Below, piece after piece: positions 53,964-62,341 of a stretch of DNA of 64,000 nucleotides (position 1 is the first letter of the stretch; each line of letters begins with the position of its first letter). This DNA is from Nitrospirota bacterium. GTDB taxonomy: Bacteria; Nitrospirota; Nitrospiria; JACQBW01. A program made the translations under genes and the position numbers. The stretch is taken from contig JACQBW010000008.1 in assembly GCA_016194305.1 (NCBI GenBank), positions 85,684 to 149,683 on the forward strand. The letters run 5' to 3'. The notes beneath the pieces were generated by a model. The model had not been told where the DNA came from, did not search any database, and saw only the letters and a program-made list of their open reading frames with translations.

Positions 53964-56783
53964 GTGTTATGGTCATCTGAGCTCATCTCAAAAATGATAT
54001 TTCCTTTGATAGACCCGGCAAGCTATTTTTTTAACCCATATGCCCTTCCTCCGTTGTGTCTGGCGATCGTGATTCTCTCGTTAGGCCAGCTTTTTATTCT
54101 TTTTGAGTCCAGGAATCCCGTCAACATTTCGTTTTCTCTTTTTACCGCAAATATAGGGGTCTGGTTCTTTTGCTATGCGATGGTCTATTTCTCCGCCGTG
54201 GAATCGGCTGCCATCGGATGGGCGCGTATTGCAGCTCTTAGCGTCGCCTTCTTGCCGGTTACTGTTTATGGCTTTACTTTGCGGTTTCTTCACATCAAGG
54301 AAATGGGAAAGAAAACGGTCTTGTTGAGCTGGATCTTCTCTTCCATCTTCGGCTTCTCTGCGTTAAAAGGTCATTATCTCGTCGAAGGGGTCCATCGCTA
54401 TTTCTGGGGATTTTACGCCATTTATGGCTGGATGGGAATTTTATTGATGTTCTATTTAACAGCTTACTTTATGCTCGGATTTTGGCATTTACAATCGGAA
54501 TACAAAAGATCCGAATTCGGCATTCAAAAAACGCGAATCAAACTTGTGATCATGGCTGTTTCTGTAACTTCCCTTGGAATGGTCGACTTCATTGCAAAAT
54601 TCAAAATCTCGTTCTATCCGTTTGGATATCTTCCTATATCGATTTCCCTTTTTATTTTCTATTGGCTCATTCGCCGCTATAATCTTGTCGATCTGTCACC
54701 TGAATTTGCAGCAAAGGAGATCCTGAAGACCATGCAGGGTGCCGTTCTCGTTCTGGATATGAAAGGGAATATCCGGGTTGTGAATCAGGCTGCGTGTGAA
54801 ATGCTCGGTTATGACATTGATGAAGCAAGAGAATTGTCGATCTTATCAGTGGTGAATGCCCGTCAGATTGATCCTCTCTCCAATCAATTTACGGGAACCA
54901 AGAATCTGCGAATGGTCTGGATGAAAAAGGATGGTCAAAAAGTCGAAGTCAGCGTGTCGACATCCCTCATTGACGATCAGAAAGGATTTCCGCTCGGAAT
55001 CGTCTGTGTCGCTCTGGAAATTACCGAATTGGTCTGCATCCAGGAGGCACTCCGGGTACTCGTTGAAGTCACGACCAAAGTCGCTGATTCTGAAAACAGG
55101 GACCTCCTCATTACCCGGTGTCTGGAAACCATATGCCGGCTCAAGAACCTGGACCTGGGACAGGCATGGATTCCTGACGAAACGTCTGAATTCCTTTCCT
55201 GCTCTCCGAAATCCTATTGTTCGACCTATGATATGACTTCATTCAGGAAAGAGAGTTTAGAAGTGAAGTTCAGAAGAGGGGAGGGAATCCCAGGTCTGAT
55301 CTGGCATTCAAATTATCCCCGCGGTTTTAGCGACCTTGCAAAGAGCGAAAATAGCCCGCGTGGTATTCACAGTTTTGACGTTCAGTTCCGGTCTGCTTTT
55401 GGCTTCCCAATTGTGATACAAGATAGACTTCTGGCGGTTTTTGAATTTTTTTCAACCGATCTGTGGTGCCCGGATCATCATTTTGTGGAGGCCGTACAGA
55501 AATTAAGTACCCATCTGGCAGTGGTATTGGAACGGATTCAGATGCAGGATACCATTGAACAGCAGGCTATCCGGGACAGTCTGACGGATCTGTATAATCG
55601 AAGGTATTTCGATCTTCAATTTGAACACGAACTGGAAAGGTCTCGCCGTAGCGGTAATTCTTTCGCCTTGATCATCTGCGATGTCGATAATTTTAAAGTC
55701 GTGAATGATATTTGCGGCCATCAGGTCGGGGACGTTTTGTTAAAAGCGATTGGCAATTCTGTTCTTTTGGCGGCGCGCGGTTCCGACTTGAGTTTCCGCT
55801 GGAGAGGAGATGAGTTTGCTGTCATTGTTACCGGAGTCTCAAGGGAAGGGGCTAGAATAGTCGGAGAGCGAATCAGAACAAACCTCCTGGCCTTGAATGA
55901 AAGGGCAGAATTCGGGAACAATATTGATCTTAGCGTCGGAATCGCACTGTTTCCTGAACATGGCAATACCTGCGAATCATTGATTCAATCGGCCGATCGC
56001 GCACTTTATATCGCTAAAAAGAGCGAAGAGAAGATTCAGATCGGGCAGGATAAATACCGTCTCGATTCGGGAACCATCAAGATCGTCTTCCAGCGGATCA
56101 TCTCCATTCCGGATGGAGGAATTATCGGTTATGAGGCGCTCAGTCGCGACCCTAACGAACAGTATAGTGTTCATAGCCTTTTTAAAAAATATCAGGCCAT
56201 TGGAAAACTGATGGAACTCAAACGGATCTGTTTTATGGAACAGATCAAAAAGAGTGAGAAAATTGGACTTTCAAGAGTTTTTGTCAATATCGATTTTATC
56301 CTCCTCGATCAGATGGAACCATTTGCAGTTCCTCCTCATACCGAAGTCATTTTAGAAATTTCCGAGTTAGACGCGCTTCATGATATAGCACGACATCTTT
56401 TGATTGCAGAAAAATGGCGTGGACGTGGTTTCAAATTTGCGATTGACGATTTTGGGGCCGGATTCATCTCTTTGCCTTTTATGGCCAAATTGATGCCAGA
56501 TTACATTAAACTGGATCGTTCGACGATGCTCCAGGCGGTCTCTAATCCCGCCTTTAGAATCTTTGCGACAGATCTTGTAAGAACCCTGAAACATTTTGTG
56601 GTGTCCGGCATTGTTGTGGAAGGGGTGGAAACACCAGAGGAACTCCAGGTGGTCAAAGAGATGGGAATCGATATTGTCCAAGGATTTCTTTTTGGAGAGC
56701 CTGCGGAATTGGAAGAGACCCATACCGAAAACCTCAATCGTCCAATTTCCATTACCCATCATTTCTTTCAATCCCCAAAATGA
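53964..56783 (+). CDS. 7TM-PAS-GAF-GGDEF-EAL signalling protein
   Basis: N-terminal TM bundle, PAS (VN.AA..MLGY), GAF (GEG.PG), RDSLT.LYNR, RGDEF, EALSR, DDFG.G, EGVET; start uncertain. Confidence 0.88.
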   Translation: MLWSSELISKMIFPLIDPASYFFNPYALPPLCLAIVILSLGQLFILFESRNPVNISFSLFTANIGVWFFCYAMVYFSAVESAAIGWARIAALSVAFLPVTVYGFTLRFLHIKEMGKKTVLLSWIFSSIFGFSALKGHYLVEGVHRYFWGFYAIYGWMGILLMFYLTAYFMLGFWHLQSEYKRSEFGIQKTRIKLVIMAVSVTSLGMVDFIAKFKISFYPFGYLPISISLFIFYWLIRRYNLVDLSPEFAAKEILKTMQGAVLVLDMKGNIRVVNQAACEMLGYDIDEARELSILSVVNARQIDPLSNQFTGTKNLRMVWMKKDGQKVEVSVSTSLIDDQKGFPLGIVCVALEITELVCIQEALRVLVEVTTKVADSENRDLLITRCLETICRLKNLDLGQAWIPDETSEFLSCSPKSYCSTYDMTSFRKESLEVKFRRGEGIPGLIWHSNYPRGFSDLAKSENSPRGIHSFDVQFRSAFGFPIVIQDRLLAVFEFFSTDLWCPDHHFVEAVQKLSTHLAVVLERIQMQDTIEQQAIRDSLTDLYNRRYFDLQFEHELERSRRSGNSFALIICDVDNFKVVNDICGHQVGDVLLKAIGNSVLLAARGSDLSFRWRGDEFAVIVTGVSREGARIVGERIRTNLLALNERAEFGNNIDLSVGIALFPEHGNTCESLIQSADRALYIAKKSEEKIQIGQDKYRLDSGTIKIVFQRIISIPDGGIIGYEALSRDPNEQYSVHSLFKKYQAIGKLMELKRICFMEQIKKSEKIGLSRVFVNIDFILLDQMEPFAVPPHTEVILEISELDALHDIARHLLIAEKWRGRGFKFAIDDFGAGFISLPFMAKLMPDYIKLDRSTMLQAVSNPAFRIFATDLVRTLKHFVVSGIVVEGVETPEELQVVKEMGIDIVQGFLFGEPAELEETHTENLNRPISITHHFFQSPK

Positions 56784-56927
56784 CAGCGCCAGCACCTGCC
56801 ATGATGAAAGAAAGTCGCTTATTATCCCATTGCCATTTTTGTTGAGTCAAGATAGGCTGGGTCTTAAGGGATCCCATCTAGGGCATCCATTTCACATATC
56901 ACACAGGGATGATACGGGGAGGGGTAA

Positions 56928-57320
56928 ATGACTTCGAACAACAAAAGAGATAAGATGGTTTGGGCGGGCCGGGTCGTCACGGTACTGGTCGCGCTTCCGT
57001 TCTTTCTGAGCGCGTTTATGAAGTTTTCGGGCAATCCCAAAATGGTTCAAGGCTGGAACCACCTCGGCTGGCCCGAGTCGATGGTGACGGTGATCGCTAT
57101 TCTCGAGATTACTTCCGTTCTGCTTTACCTTGTCCCGCAAACCTCTACCCTGGGAGCCATCCTCATGACGGGCTATCTCGGCGGTGCGATCGCCACCCAC
57201 TTGCGAATTGGCGAGCCGGTTTTCATGCAGGTGCTCTTTGGCGTCCTGATCTGGGGAGGTCTTTACCTTCGCGAATCCTCACTGCGTCAGATCTTACCGA
57301 TCCGAAAACTTTCAGATTAG
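56928..57320 (+). CDS. DoxX family membrane protein
   Basis: SAFMK, LE....LY..P.T..LGAIL.TGYLGGAIATH. Confidence 0.87.
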   Translation: MTSNNKRDKMVWAGRVVTVLVALPFFLSAFMKFSGNPKMVQGWNHLGWPESMVTVIAILEITSVLLYLVPQTSTLGAILMTGYLGGAIATHLRIGEPVFMQVLFGVLIWGGLYLRESSLRQILPIRKLSD

Positions 57321-57373
57321 ATAAACAAAAGGTTGTCTGGGTCAGGACAATTTGTGCTTGACATTTCCCATAA

Positions 57374-57392
57374 ACATGTATATACATATAAT
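57374..57392. promoter_or_regulatory. MarR operator, copy 1
   Basis: ACATGTATATACATATAAT with palindromic core ATGTATATACAT; TTGACA at 57358. Confidence 0.7.
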
Positions 57393-57395
57393 GAC

Positions 57396-57833
57396 ATGCC
57401 AAAAGTATTCAAAAGCACCCAAAATCCGCGTTTTGTCTTACCCTGCGCTTGCGCCAATTTAAGAAGGGCGGCAAGAATTGTCACGAAGCTTTATGACAGA
57501 GCGTTTTCGGATACCGGGATTGAGGTGACACAATTTTCCATTTTGATGGCGCTTTCAAAATCCGGAGAGATTACCCAGGGGAGGTTAGGAGAACTTTTGT
57601 CTCTCGATTCGACCACTTTGACACGGACGCTGAAGCCGCTGATGAAGAGCGGATGGCTCCAGGTCCGGTCTGGAACGGACCGTCGGGAACGTTGGGTGGG
57701 TCTCACCCCGGCCGGTCAGAAAAAATATGATTCGGCAATACCCCGGTGGGAGGAGGCTCAACAGGCATTAAAAGGGAAGCTCTCGCCTCACAAATATGAC
57801 GTCCTCATGGGCTTGCTGGTGGAACTGGCCTGA
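57396..57833 (+). CDS. MarR family regulator
   Basis: CACANLRRAAR....YD, QFS.L, LD.TTLTR.L, DRR.R...LT..G. Confidence 0.9.
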   Translation: MPKVFKSTQNPRFVLPCACANLRRAARIVTKLYDRAFSDTGIEVTQFSILMALSKSGEITQGRLGELLSLDSTTLTRTLKPLMKSGWLQVRSGTDRRERWVGLTPAGQKKYDSAIPRWEEAQQALKGKLSPHKYDVLMGLLVELA

Positions 57834-57857
57834 AAGAGACCATTTTTTTATCCATTT

Positions 57858-57876
57858 ACATGTATATACATATAAT
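57858..57876. promoter_or_regulatory. MarR operator, copy 2
   Basis: Exact 19-bp repeat of 57374-57392. Confidence 0.7.
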
Positions 57877-57902
57877 ATCAACGGCGAAAGAAGGAGTCAT
57901 TT

Positions 57903-59249
57903 ATGGCGCTGAGCGAACATCCCACCGTCAAGAAGTTCTATCATGGAAATGGAACCACGCCTGCGGAAACGGGATCCATTAAACTGAAAGCGGAAGCGTT
58001 GCGCCAGCTCTGTCTGGATGCAGGTGCGGGAGATATCGGATTTGTAGAAATAGGCCGCCCGGAGATTTCAAACCAGAAGGCTGAAATTCTCGCTGTTTTC
58101 CCTTCCACCCGATTCCTGATCAGTATCGTATGTAAAATGAATCGAGAGAACATTCGTACACCCGCCAGATCTGTGGCCAATCTCGAGTTTCACCATACCA
58201 CGGACGAGGTGAACGAAGTGGCACGTCGAATCGTACAGAAACTGGAATCGGCCTGCATCCGGGCGATGAATGGAGGCGCCGCTGGATTTCCGATGGAAGC
58301 GGACCGTTGGGGCGCTAAAATGTGGCTCATTTCGCATAAACCGGTTGCCGTGGCGGCAGGTATGGGACAGATGGGGATTCATCGCAATGTGATTCATCCC
58401 CGGTTTGGCAATTTTATTCTCCTCGGTACGGTATTGGTCGATGCCGAACTCGATACCTTCTCCCAACCCCTTGATTACAATCCGTGCCTGAGCTGTAAAT
58501 TATGTGTGGCGGCATGCCCAACGGGAGCGATTGGGGCGGACGGTCATTTTAATTTTTCCGCCTGCTACACACACAACTACCGGGAATTTATGGGTGGTTT
58601 CAACGATTGGGTAGGAAAGGTGGTCGAAAGCAAAACCACCCAGGATTATCGTCAAAAGGTCTCTGATGCCGAGACGGTTTCCATGTGGCAAAGTCTTTCA
58701 TTTGGAGCAAATTACAAAGCCGCCTACTGTTTAGCGGTCTGTCCTGCGGGTGAGGATGTGATTGCACCTTTTCTCACAAGCCGGAAAGAGTTTGTGGAGT
58801 CTGTTTTGAAACCGCTTCAGGAAAAACCTGAAATCATTTACGTGGTTCCCGGGTCCGATGCGGAAGAGTATACCGGCAAACATTTTCCCAATAAGAAAGT
58901 GAAAAGAGTGGGAAATGGACTTTCGGGTCAAACATCGGTTGAGGAATTTTTACGCGGACTGCCGCTGGTATTTCAGCGGGGCCGGGCCCAAGGGATCGAT
59001 GCGACTTACCACTGGACGTTCACCGGGAAAGAGGAGAGAAAAGCGACGGTAATTATCCGGCATCAGGAGTTTCAGGCCAAGGATGGCCATCAGGGTTTGG
59101 CCGATGTTCATGTGACTGTGGATAGTGCCACCTGGCTGAGGCTTCTTCGAAAAGAGAGTTCGATCATCTGGGCCGTGGTTCGAAGAAAAATCAGGATCCG
59201 GGGAAGGCTCAAGCTCCTTCTGGCATTCGGCCGTTGTTTTCCGTCTTAG
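57903..59249 (+). CDS. QueG/reductive-dehalogenase-like 4Fe-4S protein fused to an SCP2-like domain
   Basis: ISHK..AV.AG.G..G, P.FG..I.LG.V, CLSCKLCVAACP..AI, CLAVCP; C-terminal SCP2-like ADV.VT.D..TW...G. Confidence 0.8.
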   Translation: MALSEHPTVKKFYHGNGTTPAETGSIKLKAEALRQLCLDAGAGDIGFVEIGRPEISNQKAEILAVFPSTRFLISIVCKMNRENIRTPARSVANLEFHHTTDEVNEVARRIVQKLESACIRAMNGGAAGFPMEADRWGAKMWLISHKPVAVAAGMGQMGIHRNVIHPRFGNFILLGTVLVDAELDTFSQPLDYNPCLSCKLCVAACPTGAIGADGHFNFSACYTHNYREFMGGFNDWVGKVVESKTTQDYRQKVSDAETVSMWQSLSFGANYKAAYCLAVCPAGEDVIAPFLTSRKEFVESVLKPLQEKPEIIYVVPGSDAEEYTGKHFPNKKVKRVGNGLSGQTSVEEFLRGLPLVFQRGRAQGIDATYHWTFTGKEERKATVIIRHQEFQAKDGHQGLADVHVTVDSATWLRLLRKESSIIWAVVRRKIRIRGRLKLLLAFGRCFPS

Positions 59250-59311
59250 TAAATTGGTCAATTCGACCACGATCCGGAGGAATCCATTATTTTGTTGACA
59301 AGAACAAAAAA

Positions 59312-59330
59312 TAGAACTATTGTAGTTACA
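59312..59330. promoter_or_regulatory. Rrf2 operator overlapping a sigma70-type promoter
   Basis: TAGAA-N9-TTACA; TTGACA at 59295 with TATTGT 17 bp later. Confidence 0.6.
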
Positions 59331-59332
59331 GT

Positions 59333-59761
59333 ATGGCAGCCAATAGCAAATTTGCAGTCGCAACCCATATCCTTACAAGCCTGGCCTTGATATCTGAAGA
59401 GCCTGACGAGGCAGGCTTGATCAACAGCGCGTATATTGCGAGTAGTGTCAATACCAACGCAGTCGTTGTTCGAAGGATTGTATCGGAGCTGGTGAAGGCG
59501 GGACTGGTCATCAGCCATCAGGGAAAAGGAGGAGGGCTTGAACTCGGAAAATCCCCAGAAAAAATTACCCTTCTGGATGTCTATGAAGCGATGGGTGAGA
59601 TGCCGTTATTTGCCTATAATCCGAATAAACCGAATCCAAAGTGCCCGGTGAGTGTAAAAATGGCTCAAATCTTGAAACCGGTCTTTTCGGAGGTTCAGAA
59701 TGGGGTCAAAGAACGGCTTGAAGAGATCAAATTATCGGATCTGGTCCATAAAATAGCGTAG
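59333..59761 (+). CDS. Rrf2 family regulator, single-Cys type
   Basis: S.FAVA.HIL, S..IA.SVNTN.VVVRR, G..GG, ITLLDVY.A, PNPKCPV. Confidence 0.9.
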   Translation: MAANSKFAVATHILTSLALISEEPDEAGLINSAYIASSVNTNAVVVRRIVSELVKAGLVISHQGKGGGLELGKSPEKITLLDVYEAMGEMPLFAYNPNKPNPKCPVSVKMAQILKPVFSEVQNGVKERLEEIKLSDLVHKIA

Positions 59762-59781
59762 ACATTTTTTTTGGCCAATAC

Positions 59782-59800
59782 TGTAACTAAAAAGGTTACT
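59782..59800. promoter_or_regulatory. Second Rrf2 operator
   Basis: TGTAA-N9-TTACT. Confidence 0.6.
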
Positions 59801-59879
59801 AAAATCGGATTTAAATGATGTTTTTTCGGTCGTTTAAGGTGATGGAACAGGTTAATCTGGTCAGAAAGGAGAGTTTGCA

Positions 59880-60704
59880 ATGAAAACGTTTAAAATGCCA
59901 GTTGCATTCATGAGCGATTTTGGACCGATGCCGGCAATTGAGAATGACGACTACACGATGGCCCTGGAAAGAGTCGGGAGGGATCTTCCGCGCCCCAGGG
60001 CGGTAGTGGTCATGTCAGGCCATTGGGCGGCGGGTGAGACGCTTTCGGTTACATCGGCCTTAAAGCCGGAGATGATCTATGATTTTTATGGTTTCCCGGA
60101 GAAGTTTTACCAGGTCCGGTATCGCTGCCAGGGAGATCCCGAAACCGCGGCCGAAGTGGTTCGCCTCCTGACGGCGGCAGGGTTCAGTGCCAACACGGAT
60201 CCCGACCGGGGAATTGATCACGGAGCATGGGTACCACTTTCAAGGGTCTATCCAAGAGCCGATATTCCGATTGTTCAATTGACCGTACCAGCAGGTGAAG
60301 ATCCGCGTAAGATTATGGCGATCGGCAGGGCGCTTAAACCCCTACGGGAGAAAAGGATACTCCTTGTCGGATCAGGAACGCTTGTTCACAATTTAAGGCT
60401 TGTGAGGTTTGGGAGCCTGAAAGCGGATGAATGGGCAGAGGCCTTCGATCGCTGGGTGGGCACACGGCTCGATAACGGATCAATAGATGAAATTGTCCAT
60501 TACAAGACGCTGGCGCCATCGGCCAATCTGGCTGTGCCGACTTCGGAACATTTCGATCCGCTCTTCTTTGTACTGGGTGCCGCTGGACGGGAAGAGCCGG
60601 TCCATTTCTTTCGAGCCATCCGCCATGGGAGCGGATCACTTCGAATTATTGGCTTCGGAATGCGGAACGAGAACGACGAACCTGAATCGAATATCAATCA
60701 TTAA
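59880..60704 (+). CDS. DODA/YgiD-type (LigB) extradiol dioxygenase homologue
   Basis: SGHW, IYDFYGFP, RGIDHGAWVPL, GSG..VHNL, PTSEHF.PL. Confidence 0.87.
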   Translation: MKTFKMPVAFMSDFGPMPAIENDDYTMALERVGRDLPRPRAVVVMSGHWAAGETLSVTSALKPEMIYDFYGFPEKFYQVRYRCQGDPETAAEVVRLLTAAGFSANTDPDRGIDHGAWVPLSRVYPRADIPIVQLTVPAGEDPRKIMAIGRALKPLREKRILLVGSGTLVHNLRLVRFGSLKADEWAEAFDRWVGTRLDNGSIDEIVHYKTLAPSANLAVPTSEHFDPLFFVLGAAGREEPVHFFRAIRHGSGSLRIIGFGMRNENDEPESNINH

Positions 60705-60716
60705 GAGGAGGATATC

Positions 60717-61166
60717 ATGAAGTTTCTTTTTCAGACAGAAGATCGCATTGCCAGTCTCATTATACGTGTGACACTCGGAATGGTCTTTTTTTTCCATGGG
60801 GCTCAGAAATTTCTGGGGTGGTACGGCGGCTTCGGGTTCACGGGAACCGTTGGATTTTTCACCTCGCAACTCCAGATTCCCTATCTGCTTGCGGTGTTGA
60901 TTGTCTTCACGGAATTTTTCGGGAGTCTGGGTCTCATTGCAGGACTGCTCAGTCGAATTGCCGCGTTTGGAATCGCTTGTGTCATGGCGGGCGGGATCTG
61001 GATGATTCATTGGCAAAACGGTTTTTCCATGAATTGGTATGGAAAACAGGCGGGAGAAGGGATAGAGTTCAGTCTTCTCGTTCTTGGGATGAGTCTGGCC
61101 TTAATAATCTCCGGTTCAGGGAAATGGTCGCTCGATCGGATCATTTCGAATAAAATGGCGAAATAA
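60717..61166 (+). CDS. DoxX family protein
   Basis: HGAQK.LGW.GG.G, EF.G, GIEF.L, GSG.WSLD. Confidence 0.9.
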   Translation: MKFLFQTEDRIASLIIRVTLGMVFFFHGAQKFLGWYGGFGFTGTVGFFTSQLQIPYLLAVLIVFTEFFGSLGLIAGLLSRIAAFGIACVMAGGIWMIHWQNGFSMNWYGKQAGEGIEFSLLVLGMSLALIISGSGKWSLDRIISNKMAK

Positions 61167-61232
61167 AGAGAGGGCGTGGGGAATTTTATTCCGCGTTAAT
61201 CATTTACAAATAACAAAAATGGAGGAAATACA

Positions 61233-61472
61233 ATGGGAAAACCGGTGATTGCTCAAAAAAGTCCTTATGTCAAAGAGATGGGACCTGGAACTTATTACTG
61301 GTGTGCATGTGGGAAATCCGCGAATCAGCCTTTTTGTGACGGTTCCCACAAGGGGTCAGAATTTAGTCCGCTGGAAGTCAAGATTACCGAAAAGAAAACG
61401 GTCGCCTGGTGCGGGTGCAAAATGTCGGGAAATAAGCCATTCTGTGATGGCTCTCATAAGAAACTTCCGTAA
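61233..61472 (+). CDS. CDGSH iron-sulfur domain protein (two motifs)
   Basis: WCACGKS.NQPFCDGSH and CGCK.S..PFCDGSH. Confidence 0.93.
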   Translation: MGKPVIAQKSPYVKEMGPGTYYWCACGKSANQPFCDGSHKGSEFSPLEVKITEKKTVAWCGCKMSGNKPFCDGSHKKLP

Positions 61473-61509
61473 GCTTTTCTAAATTAGAGTTCAAAACAAG
61501 GAGACTCCG

Positions 61510-62253
61510 ATGAATCTCAAGGAAAAAAGATCCATAGACATCCGGAAAGGAGGAGAGCGATTCCGGACCCGGACCGACTGGCTGGATTCCCGGCACAGCT
61601 TTAGTTTCGGGAATCAATACGATCCGGATAACGTAGGCCATGGACTCCTCATCGTCAATAACGATGATATCGTTCTCCCTGGCACCGGTTTTATGACCCA
61701 TCCCCACCGGAATATGGAGATTCTGACATGGGTTCTGGAAGGGGAACTGGAGCATCAGGATTCTGAAGGAAACCGGGGAGTCATTTATCCCGGACTTGCT
61801 CAGCGCATGAGCGCGGGGAGAGGCATCTGGCACTCCGAAATCAATCCCAGCAAAATAAAACCGGTCCGTTTTATTCAGATGTGGGTTCTTCCCGATACTG
61901 AGCGGATCGATCCCGGGTATGAGCAACTGGATGTGACGCCTCAGCTTGAAAAGGGGGGAATGGTTCTCATTGCTTCCGGGAAAGGAGATCAGGCCGCCAT
62001 CTTTATTCGCCAGAAAGGGGCGGCACTATGGGGAGGAAAGCTGAAGCCGGGAGAGATATCTCGGATTCCAGACACGCCATTTGTACATCTCTATGTCACA
62101 AATGGCATGCTTGAACTTGAAAATTCCGGCGTGCTTCAGGCCGGGGATGCTGTCAGATTGACTTCCGCCGGATCGTTACGGATCACAGCCGATTCTAAAA
62201 TGGGCGCCAATATCTTGATTTGGGAGACAATCCAGAATGTTACTTCATCTTAA
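61510..62253 (+). CDS. Pirin family protein (YhhW-like)
   Basis: WLDSRHSFSFG, HPH..MEI.T.VLEG..EH.DS.GN, MSAG.GI.HSE. Confidence 0.93.
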   Translation: MNLKEKRSIDIRKGGERFRTRTDWLDSRHSFSFGNQYDPDNVGHGLLIVNNDDIVLPGTGFMTHPHRNMEILTWVLEGELEHQDSEGNRGVIYPGLAQRMSAGRGIWHSEINPSKIKPVRFIQMWVLPDTERIDPGYEQLDVTPQLEKGGMVLIASGKGDQAAIFIRQKGAALWGGKLKPGEISRIPDTPFVHLYVTNGMLELENSGVLQAGDAVRLTSAGSLRITADSKMGANILIWETIQNVTSS

Positions 62254-62341
62254 TCAAAGGAAATAACCGATGCGTCTATCTGGTCAAATGCCGGATGTCA
62301 CTGCCGGTGGCATTGCGGGATAGAATCCCCGTGGAACCAGA

